DNA of 18,343 bases from Gemmatimonadota bacterium (GCA_036679645.1 JAZDCY010000001.1:1-18343), one strand, 5' to 3'. Shown: positions 1 to 7,421, counted from the stretch's first letter. Translations and numbers: made by a program. The notes: generated by a model not told the origin, from the sequence alone.

Positions 1-112
1 GACCGTCGCTACGTCGATGTGTCGTTGCTCGAGAACAAAGAGTTGGATCAGGCAGCGTGATGATCGAACCGAGGAGCTTCCTCAGCTTTTACACAAAAAT
101 CGGGACTTGACC
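1..112 (+). mobile_element. Right end of an IS256-family insertion sequence (transposase C-terminus 1-60 plus right terminal inverted repeat ~87-112)
   Basis: Frame 1 reads DRRYVDVSLLENKELDQAA* (stop 58-60), like the RRY(L/V)xMxxL tail of IS256 transposases. It is followed by a small hairpin (GAGGA-GCT-TCCTC, 71-83) and TTTTACACAAAAATCGGGACTTGACC, which resembles IS256-family right IRs (reverse complement starts GGTCAAGTCC). The left end is outside the window. Confidence 0.7.
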
Positions 113-291
113 TGCGCAACACTGCTTGGCGCTACATCACTTCCGAAAAGGACACATTCAGGCAGATCGTGGAATTCGTTGGCAGTAGCCGGTGATACTC
201 ACACAGCCTTGGGATGCGTGGAGACACGCTTGTCATTGCGTTGCTACAACTCTTGTGGGGAACGGTTCGATTCCCATAAATGGGCCACAAT

Positions 292-813
292 ATGAAATGT
301 GACGGTTGCGGTCGGTCATCTGACGATGATGGGAAGAGCTTTACTTGGGTAGCGGGCACCAAGGTGTCCGAATCCTCGCGTACCGGGAGTACTCCCGTGG
401 AGCACATCGTAACAAAGACGTATGCCGATTTTGAACGAGTAACTGTTTTCCTTTGTCCGTTGTGTTTTGGACAAGCGAGAAGACGCAAGTTTGCGATTCG
501 ATGGGCGCTGCTAGCTGCTTCGCTTGTAGTGGCTCCTCTATGGATTCTCTTCATGGACTCTGTCAGTGGTGGTTCAGCTCCTGATGTGGTGGGTGTGATC
601 CTGGTCCTAATCACTCTGTTGGTTGTGCTTACTCCTCCGTCCATGATCGCCCTGCTTTCCAAGACCTACTGGTATTGGTGGCGAGGCAACCCAAAACACG
701 AAGCCGATATTTTGGTTGGGCCCTTGCAGCCGAAACTTAGAAGCATGAAGCGCGATACCTACTGGACGCCGGAGGAGTTCGAGATTCTCAAGAAGCAGCA
801 AGCCATCCTATAG
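292..813 (+). CDS. Hypothetical membrane protein with two CxxC motifs (putative Zn-binding) and two TM helices
   Basis: ORF 280..813 with ATGs at 280 and 292. CDGC and CPLC motifs; hydrophobic segments WALLAASLVVAPLWILFM and VVGVILVLITLLVVLTPPSMIALL. Confidence 0.7.
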   Translation: MKCDGCGRSSDDDGKSFTWVAGTKVSESSRTGSTPVEHIVTKTYADFERVTVFLCPLCFGQARRRKFAIRWALLAASLVVAPLWILFMDSVSGGSAPDVVGVILVLITLLVVLTPPSMIALLSKTYWYWWRGNPKHEADILVGPLQPKLRSMKRDTYWTPEEFEILKKQQAIL

Positions 814-920
814 TAGGCCAACGTAAAACGGGACAAATCCGTCGGTGGTCGTGTTCGCGTTGCCGTCGCTCCAGACGCCAGCAAAGACGCCCGGCCCGAC
901 GACTTTGGGGAGATCTTGAG

Positions 921-1340
921 ATGCCAGCCTTGCGTAGCTTAGCGACGGCAACGTCGATACTGGTCCTTGCGGCCTGCGGCGATTCAACAAGTAATGGCGA
1001 CCCAACCGGTCCCGCGGCGCTGAGTATCTCTGGGAGCTACACAGGCACAGCCAGCGGCACGGACAGTGGGCAACCGTTCACGATGACCATCGCCTTCACG
1101 CTTTCGCACACTGGATCAAACGTTACAGGCACATGGATTGGTCAAGGGAGCTCTGGTACCCTGAGCGGGACTGTTAGCGGTAGCAATGTCAGCGTAACGC
1201 TCAACCAGAACAACCCGTGCGCTGGCACATTCACAGGATCAGCACAGATTCAGAACAACGGAGCGCGGTTGTCTGGCTCTTATTCCGGCAATTACTGCAC
1301 TGGGACCGTGTCAGCGACGTTCACCGTTGATCGGGTTTGA
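921..1340 (+). CDS. Small beta-rich lipoprotein, function unknown
   Basis: GGGGAG RBS upstream; signal peptide with lipobox LAAC; Gly/Ser/Thr-rich alternating beta strands (SISGSYTGT, VTGTW, LSGSYSG) and two further Cys. Confidence 0.85.
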   Translation: MPALRSLATATSILVLAACGDSTSNGDPTGPAALSISGSYTGTASGTDSGQPFTMTIAFTLSHTGSNVTGTWIGQGSSGTLSGTVSGSNVSVTLNQNNPCAGTFTGSAQIQNNGARLSGSYSGNYCTGTVSATFTVDRV

Positions 1341-1639
1341 TCGAAGGCGCACGATTCGCGGACGACTTGCTCGGCACCGATGGCCGCGTTTCGGCCATCA
1401 CGCTCGTTGCGACTCGCTCAGGTAACCGCGCTTCCGGTTCATCGCCACGTCGTACCGGCGGCACCGCCGGGTACAGGTCGACGTCCCATATCCACGTCTG
1501 GCTGCTCATCATTCCGCCTCGGGTGGGGTGTCGCGGTCAGGGTAGCGCCCAGCGATCAACGGCGGATCAGCGGGGGCTCGGTGTGTTCGTACGCGGCCAG
1601 TCCCGTTCGCGGCACCTCGCAGTTAGCTTAGCGGCCACG

Positions 1640-2400
1640 ATGGATTTTCCCACTAGCCGTGCCATAATCACGAAACTCCCCGGCTGGGTTGACAAGCTCG
1701 CCGGAGAACTCCCCGAGCCGATCAAGGTGTACGAACCTCGTGGGTTCAAGTGGCGGCATCCGGAGGAGACCGCGAGAGTGGTTCTGGTCGCCAAAGCGGT
1801 CCGCATGGCAAGCGGGATCGCTGCGGCTCTGCAACTGGCCGACCGACGCTTCACGGTGGAGTGCGGGGCGCTGCTGAGGACCGTTTCTGACTTCGCGACG
1901 GAGGTCATATTCCTCGGTGAAGGGATGCTCAAGGGCGAGATGACAACGGCCCAGTCCAAGTTTGTTCACGACTTTTTCAAGCCAATGTCAACTACTCCTG
2001 ACGATCTTGCCCGGCGTGAACGGGACGGTTACGTCGGCAGGAAGGACATGCACAAGGCGCACCGGCGTCTCGTAGACGAACGGGCCAATCCGGGGAAGAG
2101 TTCGTGAAGGTTTCGGAGTTCCTCAAGAAGAGCTACGACTCGCTGGTTCATGGTGCATACGAAACGGCAATGGAGCTATACACTGGCCGGACAAATCGCT
2201 TCATGATGACCGGGCAGGAGTCGGACAGGCACGTCTGCATGAGCAAGGTATCTGTTGCGGGGAAACTGCTCGAAGTTATCGGTACCTTGGAGTTGGTTGC
2301 GATTGTCTTTGGACTCCGTGAGCTGGCCACTGAGATTATGAGCGAGAGACACCGACTCGACGACAGTGACGAGCAACCTGGCGCGGACTGCCCGCGGTGA
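1640..2400 (+). pseudogene. Helical hypothetical protein split by a one-base frameshift near 2070-2100 (DUF5677-like, tentative)
   Basis: ORF from ATG 1640 (MDFPTSRAII...) stops at 2107. The overlapping frame is open upstream of 2104 and reads RRTGQSGEEFVKVSEFLKKSYDSLVHGAYETAMELY..., a natural continuation. The family guess rests only on the Y-x3-VH motif and helical character. Confidence 0.6.
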
Positions 2401-2475
2401 CGCTAGCGGTGACACCCCCCCTGTTTTTGGCTGACGCTGACTGGCGGGGTGGTGTCCCAAGTCCTTATTTTTCAA
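2394..2475. repeat. Short direct repeats and AT-rich tract at the island end (candidate integrase arm-type / accessory sites)
   Basis: GCGGTGAC at 2394-2401 and 2406-2413, GCTGAC-GCTGAC near 2430-2441 and CCAAGTCCTTATTTTTCAA at 2457-2475, all within ~120 bp of the tRNA fragment. Confidence 0.45.
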
Positions 2476-2508
2476 CGATCGCTGTTGCGGGCTGTCGTGC
2501 CTCTGACT

Positions 2509-2551
2509 CCTTCTAAGCCGTGGGTCGCAGGTTCGAGTCCTGCCGGGGGCG
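2509..2551 (+). tRNA. 3' half of tRNA-Arg(TCT); truncated copy, attR-like attachment site
   Basis: Anticodon loop CT-TCT-AA (2510-2516), 3' anticodon stem GCCGT, variable loop GGGTC, T arm GCAGG-TTCGAGT-CCTGC and acceptor 3' strand CGGGGGC-G. The expected 5' stem ACGGC, D arm and 5' acceptor strand are absent. Confidence 0.9.
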
Positions 2552-2614
2552 TGCACACACCGTGCGCTTCTCCGAACCGTCGAGAGCGGAAGCGCACCAA
2601 CCACAGAGGATCGT

Positions 2615-3439
2615 ATGCGCCAGTACACCACCGTCGCCTGTGCCGTAGCACTCGCCGCCTGCGCCGGAGGGAGCGCCCCGGCGGCAACGCCCGCGGCGAG
2701 TCCCGAACCGCCACCGAGAGTGCTGTACACGCCAAGCACCACCCAGTACATCGTCGTTTCGCGGGGAACGCAGGAACAGGACTTCCAAGGCCAGACCTCG
2801 AGCTCCTCGACATCCATGCGGGTGCGGGTGCGGGTCGATATCGCCTCGAGCACCGAAGGCATGACCGCAACGTTCACGGTCGATTCCATTCTCGAGATGA
2901 ACGCCCCAGGCGTCTTCTCGTCGCAGCGCAATCAGGTGGTGGGTTCCGCCTTCTCCGCGTCGTTCACACCCACCGGTGAGCTGGGTGAGGTCACTACGAC
3001 GTTGGAGAGCGAGTTGGCCCGGCAGATCTCCAATACCGTCCGTACGTTCTTCCCGCGGCTTCCGGCGGGGGGTGCGGAGCCGGGTGCCATGTGGACCGAC
3101 ACGACCGAGATGCTGCTGCCAACCGGGCAAGTCGATCTCACCGTCCGAGCCATCACGCAATACACGACGGCCGATTGGATGGATCACGACGGAGTGCGCG
3201 CCCTGCCCATCGCGGTGGCGGCAGCCGTGACGATGTCCGGCCACGGCGAGCAGATGGGTGCTGAGTTCACGCTGCAAGGGGACGGAACCACCACGGGCAC
3301 CCTCTACCTTTCGGCCACCGGCACCTACCTCGGCGGGGTCTCGAGCGACAGCCTCAGCGCGCTGGTGGATGTCGAGGCCGCGGGCATCACGATTCCGTTG
3401 AAGATGATCTCAACCGATACCGTGCACGTGATTCGCTAG
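2615..3439 (+). CDS. Lipoprotein, function unknown (beta-rich)
   Basis: GAGGA RBS; lipobox LAAC; Pro/Ala linker then a beta-rich domain (FFPRLPAGGAEPGAMWTDT); GC-rich third codon positions. Confidence 0.85.
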   Translation: MRQYTTVACAVALAACAGGSAPAATPAASPEPPPRVLYTPSTTQYIVVSRGTQEQDFQGQTSSSSTSMRVRVRVDIASSTEGMTATFTVDSILEMNAPGVFSSQRNQVVGSAFSASFTPTGELGEVTTTLESELARQISNTVRTFFPRLPAGGAEPGAMWTDTTEMLLPTGQVDLTVRAITQYTTADWMDHDGVRALPIAVAAAVTMSGHGEQMGAEFTLQGDGTTTGTLYLSATGTYLGGVSSDSLSALVDVEAAGITIPLKMISTDTVHVIR

Positions 3440-3461
3440 CGGCACCGGCACAAGAGCCGAA

Positions 3462-3502
3462 CGGGCGCGCGATCGATCACCCGATCGCGCGCCCGCTGTT
3501 TT
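3462..3502. terminator. 14-bp perfect hairpin between convergent genes; likely intrinsic terminator
   Basis: CGGGCGCGCGATCG (3462-3475), 6-nt loop, CGATCGCGCGCCCG (3482-3495), then CTGTTTT. Confidence 0.7.
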
Positions 3503-3533
3503 GTCCGCCTCCTCCCCTCTCACCGCATACCGC

Positions 3534-3971
3534 TCACTGCTCCCATCGCACCTCGTCACCCACGGCAATCTCCCCGTCGTCCAACACCTCGCCGAACGCG
3601 CCGCCACGCCAGTCCGGATCCAGCGCTTCGCGCAAGCCGGACACCGACTCGTTCATCCGCTCGCACGGCCGCGTCTCGCCACGGATACGGATCCTGATGT
3701 CTCCCATGCGCAGGACCCGGTCGCGCGTGTGCGCGAGTCGAACCCCGCTTAGAAGCACATTCGCGCGGCGCTGCACAGGATCGACATCGGGACTCAATTC
3801 CTCACGCAGCCCGTCAAAAACCTCGCGCTCGATGAACGTGACCTGACGGGCACCACCCTGGTCGGCGTTCCCATCCAATCCCTGACCCGTCACCGCGCGG
3901 GCTCGCGAGACGGAATCCATCACACCACGCTTGGCGCGTTTGATCCAGATAGCCTCGACACGACCGGACAC
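3534..3971 (-). CDS. MOSC domain-containing protein
   Basis: GGAGG 7 nt before GTG 3971. Motifs GRVEAIWIKR, GLDGNAD, RQVT, RRANVLLSG, ETRPCERM (conserved Cys) and GEIAVGDEV. Confidence 0.92.
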   Translation of the reverse strand: MSGRVEAIWIKRAKRGVMDSVSRARAVTGQGLDGNADQGGARQVTFIEREVFDGLREELSPDVDPVQRRANVLLSGVRLAHTRDRVLRMGDIRIRIRGETRPCERMNESVSGLREALDPDWRGGAFGEVLDDGEIAVGDEVRWEQ

Positions 3972-4052
3972 GCGTTGACCTCCGAACGAAGAAGTCCGGG
4001 GAAGATAGTACCGCACGCGTGTCAGATGGCGTAACGCGCTTCAGCACCGCCT

Positions 4053-4427
4053 CTAAGCGACGTCGCTGGGAGCCAACAGCGCCTGAGAGAAAAAGCGTGC
4101 ATACCGCTGCGACCGCTCCCGCCGGGGCGCGTTGGCATGCCGCTCCATGGCGCGCGACGCCGTGACGAGCGCCCGCCACTGCGGATCGTGCCAGCGCTGC
4201 AGGAGGTACTCGTACGTCTCACCGGCATAGTGGACTCGAGCCCGCATCGACGTAGGTCCCTGTCGCGCCTCCGCCACGCGTGCGAGGGCCTCGGCCAGCT
4301 CCGGATTGGGCGGGCTCATGGCCACGCCGCCCCCGCCTCCGCCTCCGCCCGAGCGGCGTTCGAGCCGATCGTAGCGATCTCGCAACTCCAGATACACGAG
4401 ATCGGTAAGCGCTGGGGAATTGGCCAT
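4053..4427 (-). CDS. Small hypothetical protein (N-terminal helix, poly-Gly linker, helical C-terminal domain)
   Basis: GGGAGG RBS 5 nt before ATG; own promoter candidate at 4489-4517; no family recognised. Confidence 0.7.
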   Translation of the reverse strand: MANSPALTDLVYLELRDRYDRLERRSGGGGGGGGVAMSPPNPELAEALARVAEARQGPTSMRARVHYAGETYEYLLQRWHDPQWRALVTASRAMERHANAPRRERSQRYARFFSQALLAPSDVA

Positions 4428-4488
4428 TCAAGCCTCCCGAGTGTGGCCCGCAACGTGCGGGTGAAAATCGGTTCAACCAAGGGGGGCA

Positions 4489-4517
4489 AAATCTATGCAT
4501 CATTGCATAGCCGTCAA
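4489..4517 (-). promoter_or_regulatory. Sigma70-type promoter overlapped by palindromic operator CTATGCA-TCAT-TGCATAG
   Basis: Minus strand reads TTGACG-16 nt-TAGATT. The perfect 7-4-7 palindrome at 4493-4510 fills the spacer and overlaps the -10. Confidence 0.7.
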
Positions 4518-4546
4518 GTCCCTGACAGAAGGAAATATCTCGTGAG

Positions 4547-4564
4547 CCTTGCAAGACTGCATAG
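4547..4564. promoter_or_regulatory. Second operator copy CCTTGCA-AGAC-TGCATAG immediately upstream of the XRE gene
   Basis: Same TGCA-N4-TGCATAG core as 4493-4510; ends 6 nt before the ATG at 4571. Confidence 0.65.
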
Positions 4565-4570
4565 GAACTC

Positions 4571-4837
4571 ATGACGCCAATCGTCTTGCGCATCAAACAG
4601 TTACGGGAGGTGAACGGCTGGTCCCAGGCCGAACTGGCCCGCCGCTCTGGTGTTCACCAGTCGGTGATATCGCGGCTCGAAAGCGGACGATCGCAGTCGG
4701 TTAGTCTTGGGAACCTGGAGAAGCTCGCGGGGGCACTGGAGTGCGATCCCGGCTACCTCATCGCCAAACGGGCAGAAGCCCAACAACCGGCGCCGCGTTC
4801 TCGCCGCGCCCGGCGCTCGGCTCCCACGTCGTCGTGA
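4571..4837 (+). CDS. XRE-family (Cro/CI-like HTH) transcriptional regulator
   Basis: RIKQLREVNGWSQAELARRSGVHQSVISRLESG...LEKLAGALEC is a classic HTH_3 pattern; basic C-terminal tail; no peptidase domain. Confidence 0.93.
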   Translation: MTPIVLRIKQLREVNGWSQAELARRSGVHQSVISRLESGRSQSVSLGNLEKLAGALECDPGYLIAKRAEAQQPAPRSRRARRSAPTSS

Positions 4838-4851
4838 GATGAGCTACGGGC

Positions 4852-5232
4852 CTACGGCGGCGTGGGCCCCGAAACTCTGATATCCAGCGCACGCTCGACC
4901 CGCTCGACCATCACATCAGCGAGATCCAGAGCCGCCAGCGCGAGCGCCCGCAACGCGTCGCCCACGGTCTGCGAGAACACCGTATGTTCGACGTCCGCTG
5001 AGCCAGGCTGCGATTGTTTCGCCGCATCGCGCAATCGTCGGAGGGTGTCATGCAGCATTTCGTCGGCGCGTTGGCGGTTCGCGACAGTGTTGGGCCCGAT
5101 AGTTCGCTGCCGCCACTTTCCACTGTCCGTCCATTCGATGCGGACTCTTCCGCCACTCACGTAGCGACGCCCCACGAACGGCGGGCTGCCAACAGTGAGA
5201 GTGTAACGCGGATCACGCGTTCGTCCGGCCAT
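4852..5232 (-). CDS. Hypothetical protein; N-terminal half resembles an integrase arm-type DNA-binding domain
   Basis: GRVRIEWTDSGKWRQRTIGPNTVANRQRADEML fits the beta-beta-beta-alpha pattern of tyrosine integrase N-termini; no catalytic domain; start at ATG 5232 uncertain. Confidence 0.55.
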   Translation of the reverse strand: MAGRTRDPRYTLTVGSPPFVGRRYVSGGRVRIEWTDSGKWRQRTIGPNTVANRQRADEMLHDTLRRLRDAAKQSQPGSADVEHTVFSQTVGDALRALALAALDLADVMVERVERALDIRVSGPTPP

Positions 5233-5283
5233 ATGACCATTACGCGTGCACGTCGCCGCGAGTTGCAAAGCCACGCCGCCGCA

Positions 5284-5299
5284 CGGCACAGATCGTGCT
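5284..5299 (+). promoter_or_regulatory. Putative sigma54 (-24/-12) promoter
   Basis: CGGCACAGATCGTGCT: GG (5285-5286), 10 nt, GC (5297-5298) versus consensus TGGCACR-N4-TTGCW; predicted TSS about 5310. Confidence 0.55.
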
Positions 5300-5309
5300 T
5301 CACCTAGTC

Positions 5310-5425
5310 ATCGCGGCCGTCGGGCGGTAAGCCCTGGGACCTTCCTAAATCGAACCTGCCACGGAGCGAGACCGTTGACAGCCCGCACCACAAGAGAAAG
5401 AGCCGGGATTTCCCGGCTCTTTTTT
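5310..5425 (+). ncRNA. Candidate ~115-nt small RNA, family not recognised
   Basis: Lies between a sigma54-like promoter and a + strand terminator with no credible + strand gene. CGGGC (5321-5325) can pair with GCCCG (5381-5385), and there is an internal CCTTCCT motif. Confidence 0.5.
5397..5425 (+). terminator. Intrinsic terminator (possibly bidirectional)
   Basis: AAAGAGCCGGG-ATTT-CCCGGCTCTTT followed by TTT; the longer T run is on the + strand. Confidence 0.85.
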
Positions 5426-5503
5426 GTTGCGCGGAACGCCGTTACATAGCGCGCGCTTCTCCGACCCGGACAATTCTTCCGGCAGTTGTTTCCGCCTATT
5501 CGC

Positions 5504-5785
5504 TCAGCGGTCGTAGCACCAGAGCGAGTCCCGTGTAGCTTCCCCAACCTCGAGATGACATGCCCGCTCGGCGAGCAGCGCGTGCCCTCCGGTAGCGGTG
5601 AACAACACCGAGTCGGCGCGGTCGATGCTGATCGTCACGTCGCGCAGCATCACGAACGCCGAGCCGATCTCGTCGATTGAGTGGGCAAACCGACCGCTAT
5701 CGACACGGAATTGCTCCTGCGCGTATCGCAAGTTCTCGAGATCCGACCTGATCTCCGTTTCGTACGCTTTCTCTTTCGGGGAGCA
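5504..5785 (-). pseudogene. Type IV pilin-like globular domain without a recognisable N-terminal leader/TM helix
   Basis: KEKAYETEIRSDLENLRYAQEQFRVDSGRF...FTATGGH...C...C resembles the pilin segment after the hydrophobic helix. In-frame starts (TTG 5869, GTG 5884) give no signal or TM segment. Confidence 0.45.
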
Positions 5786-5954
5786 GCCGGTGGGCGAGAC
5801 CCCTCCAACATGGGCGGTCGCCGCGCGCTCGCAAGCGTGGCCGCGCGGCTTGCCGACTTGATGCGCCAAGGGGCAGGTGTACACTTTCAGGATACCACGC
5901 GCCGCCGTCAAGGGAGAGTCCCAGCGGCCAGCCGCCTCGCATTGGAGACAAGAA

Positions 5955-7241
5955 ATGCACATGCGCGCCCTGTTCGCACCAGCCGTTGCCGGCATCGCCC
6001 TCAGCATGGCTGCACCTGCGCTGGCGCAATCCGCCCGCCCGCCGTGCGCCCCCGACAACGGCGGGCTAACGCTCCCGGATGGGTTCTGCGCCATCGTCGT
6101 GGCCGAGAACCTGGGCGCGGCGCGGCATATCGCGGTCGCCGAGAACGGCGACGTATTCGTGGCACTGAATCGCTCGCGCCGGGGTGGGGAACCCGCGAAC
6201 TTCGCCGTGCTGCGCGATACCGACGGCGATGGCGTCGCCGACGAGATTCGCAAGTACGGCGCGCTTGGCGGAACCGGGATCCGCCTCCGCGACGGCTGGC
6301 TCTACTTTGGCGCTAACGACCAGATCCTCCGCTATCCATGGCCCACGGGAGCGCTCGAGCCGGCAGGCGAGCCAGAGACCGTCGTGACCGGTCTACCGGA
6401 TTGCTGCGGTCACGCCGCCAAGGGATTCGCGATCGGCACCGACGGGGCGCTCTATGTGAACGTCGGCTCGCCGTCGAACGCCTGTCAGGAAGGGCGGGGC
6501 CGGCAGCCGGGGAACCCCGGCCTCGATCCGTGCCCGCAACGCGAGACACGCGCCGGCGTGTGGCGGTTCTCCGCCGACCGGCTCGGACAAACCCAATCGG
6601 ACGGCGTGCACTACGCCACCGGACTGCGCAACACCTTCGCACTCGACATACACCCGGGCTCCGGTGTCCTGCACGGCGTCCAACATGGTCGCGACCAGCT
6701 CTCGCAACTCTGGCCCGACCTCTACACCAACGAGGAAAGCGCGGTAAAGCCGGGGGAGGAATTCGTCAGGATCGAGGAAGGCGACGACTTCGGCTGGCCC
6801 TACTGCTACTACGACCCCGAAACGCGCACGAAGGTGCTCGGCCCCGAATACGGGGGGGACGGCCAACGACCGGAGCGCTGCGCCGAGAAGAAGAACCCGC
6901 TGCTCGCATTCCCCGGACACTGGGCACCCATGGCACTGCAGTTCTACACCGGGTCGCAGTTCCCCGCGCACTACCGGGGCGGGGCATTCGTCGCCTTCCA
7001 CGGATCCTGGAACCGGGCGCCCCTACCACAGGACGGATACCGGATCGCCTTCGTACCGTTTGACGGAACCGAACCTTCCGGCAGCTACGAGACCTTCGCC
7101 GATGGGTTTGCCGGACCCAACAAGTCACCAGGTGGAGCGCTACACCGGCCGTCAGGTCTGGCACAGGGGCCTGACGGTTCGCTCTACGTGGCAGACGACC
7201 GCGGCGGAACCGTGTTCCGGATCATCTATCGGGATCGCTGA
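5955..7241 (+). CDS. Glucose/sorbosone dehydrogenase family protein (PQQ-dependent sugar dehydrogenase-like beta-propeller), secreted
   Basis: GGAGA RBS; Sec signal (ALA-Q). Motifs LTLPDGF, LRDTDGDGVAD, LYVNVGSPSNAC, ATGLRN, HGRDQL, FGWPYCY, AFHGSWNRAP and GPDGSLYVADD. Start 5955 or 5961. Confidence 0.92.
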   Translation: MHMRALFAPAVAGIALSMAAPALAQSARPPCAPDNGGLTLPDGFCAIVVAENLGAARHIAVAENGDVFVALNRSRRGGEPANFAVLRDTDGDGVADEIRKYGALGGTGIRLRDGWLYFGANDQILRYPWPTGALEPAGEPETVVTGLPDCCGHAAKGFAIGTDGALYVNVGSPSNACQEGRGRQPGNPGLDPCPQRETRAGVWRFSADRLGQTQSDGVHYATGLRNTFALDIHPGSGVLHGVQHGRDQLSQLWPDLYTNEESAVKPGEEFVRIEEGDDFGWPYCYYDPETRTKVLGPEYGGDGQRPERCAEKKNPLLAFPGHWAPMALQFYTGSQFPAHYRGGAFVAFHGSWNRAPLPQDGYRIAFVPFDGTEPSGSYETFADGFAGPNKSPGGALHRPSGLAQGPDGSLYVADDRGGTVFRIIYRDR

Positions 7242-7421
7242 GCGGCCGATACTCTGAAAGGACCGAGACCACCTCCGCCGCGGGGTCCATCCGACGGAAG
7301 AGACCGCGAAAGGCCGCCCCCTTCGCGAAATGCGGTGTACTGGCGACGGCGACCTAATGTCGTTTCTCGATGACGACGCGCAAACACCGCATTGGCAGCA
7401 ACATAGCCTACATGGCGTAGG

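Larger units (their letters stand above)
1..2551. mobile_element. Right-hand part of a genomic island / integrative element inserted at tRNA-Arg(TCT)
   Basis: Bounded by a tRNA 3'-half duplicate at 2509-2551. GC is lower than downstream (421-480 is 25/60 GC; 6001-6060 is about 45/60). Contains an IS end, orphan genes and a frameshifted gene. No integrase is in the window. Confidence 0.75.

Noticed and set aside
256..277. GGTTCGATTCCC, resembling a tRNA T-loop
   Set aside because: No proper 5-bp T stem, anticodon arm or acceptor strand around it.
17..295. 92-aa ORF overlapping the next start (ATGA)
   Set aside because: Crosses the IS end, so it is chimeric; cannot tell which frame of 113-295, if any, is a real remnant.
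1337..1639. N-terminal 101 codons of ORF 1337..2107 and minus ORF 1321..1512
   Set aside because: Low-complexity, non-protein-like translation over a hairpin-rich region; ATG 1640 is the more credible start.
5340..5370. Minus-strand GGCAGGTTCGATTTAGGAAG suggesting tRNA, SRP RNA or TPP riboswitch
   Set aside because: T stem does not close; the SRP GGAA tetraloop/AGCAG motif and the TPP CTGAGA motif are absent.
7245..7325. Possible glycine riboswitch-like words (CTCTGAAAGG, GAAGAGACC)
   Set aside because: Conserved GGAGA...CCGAAG...CTCTCAGG order is not present.
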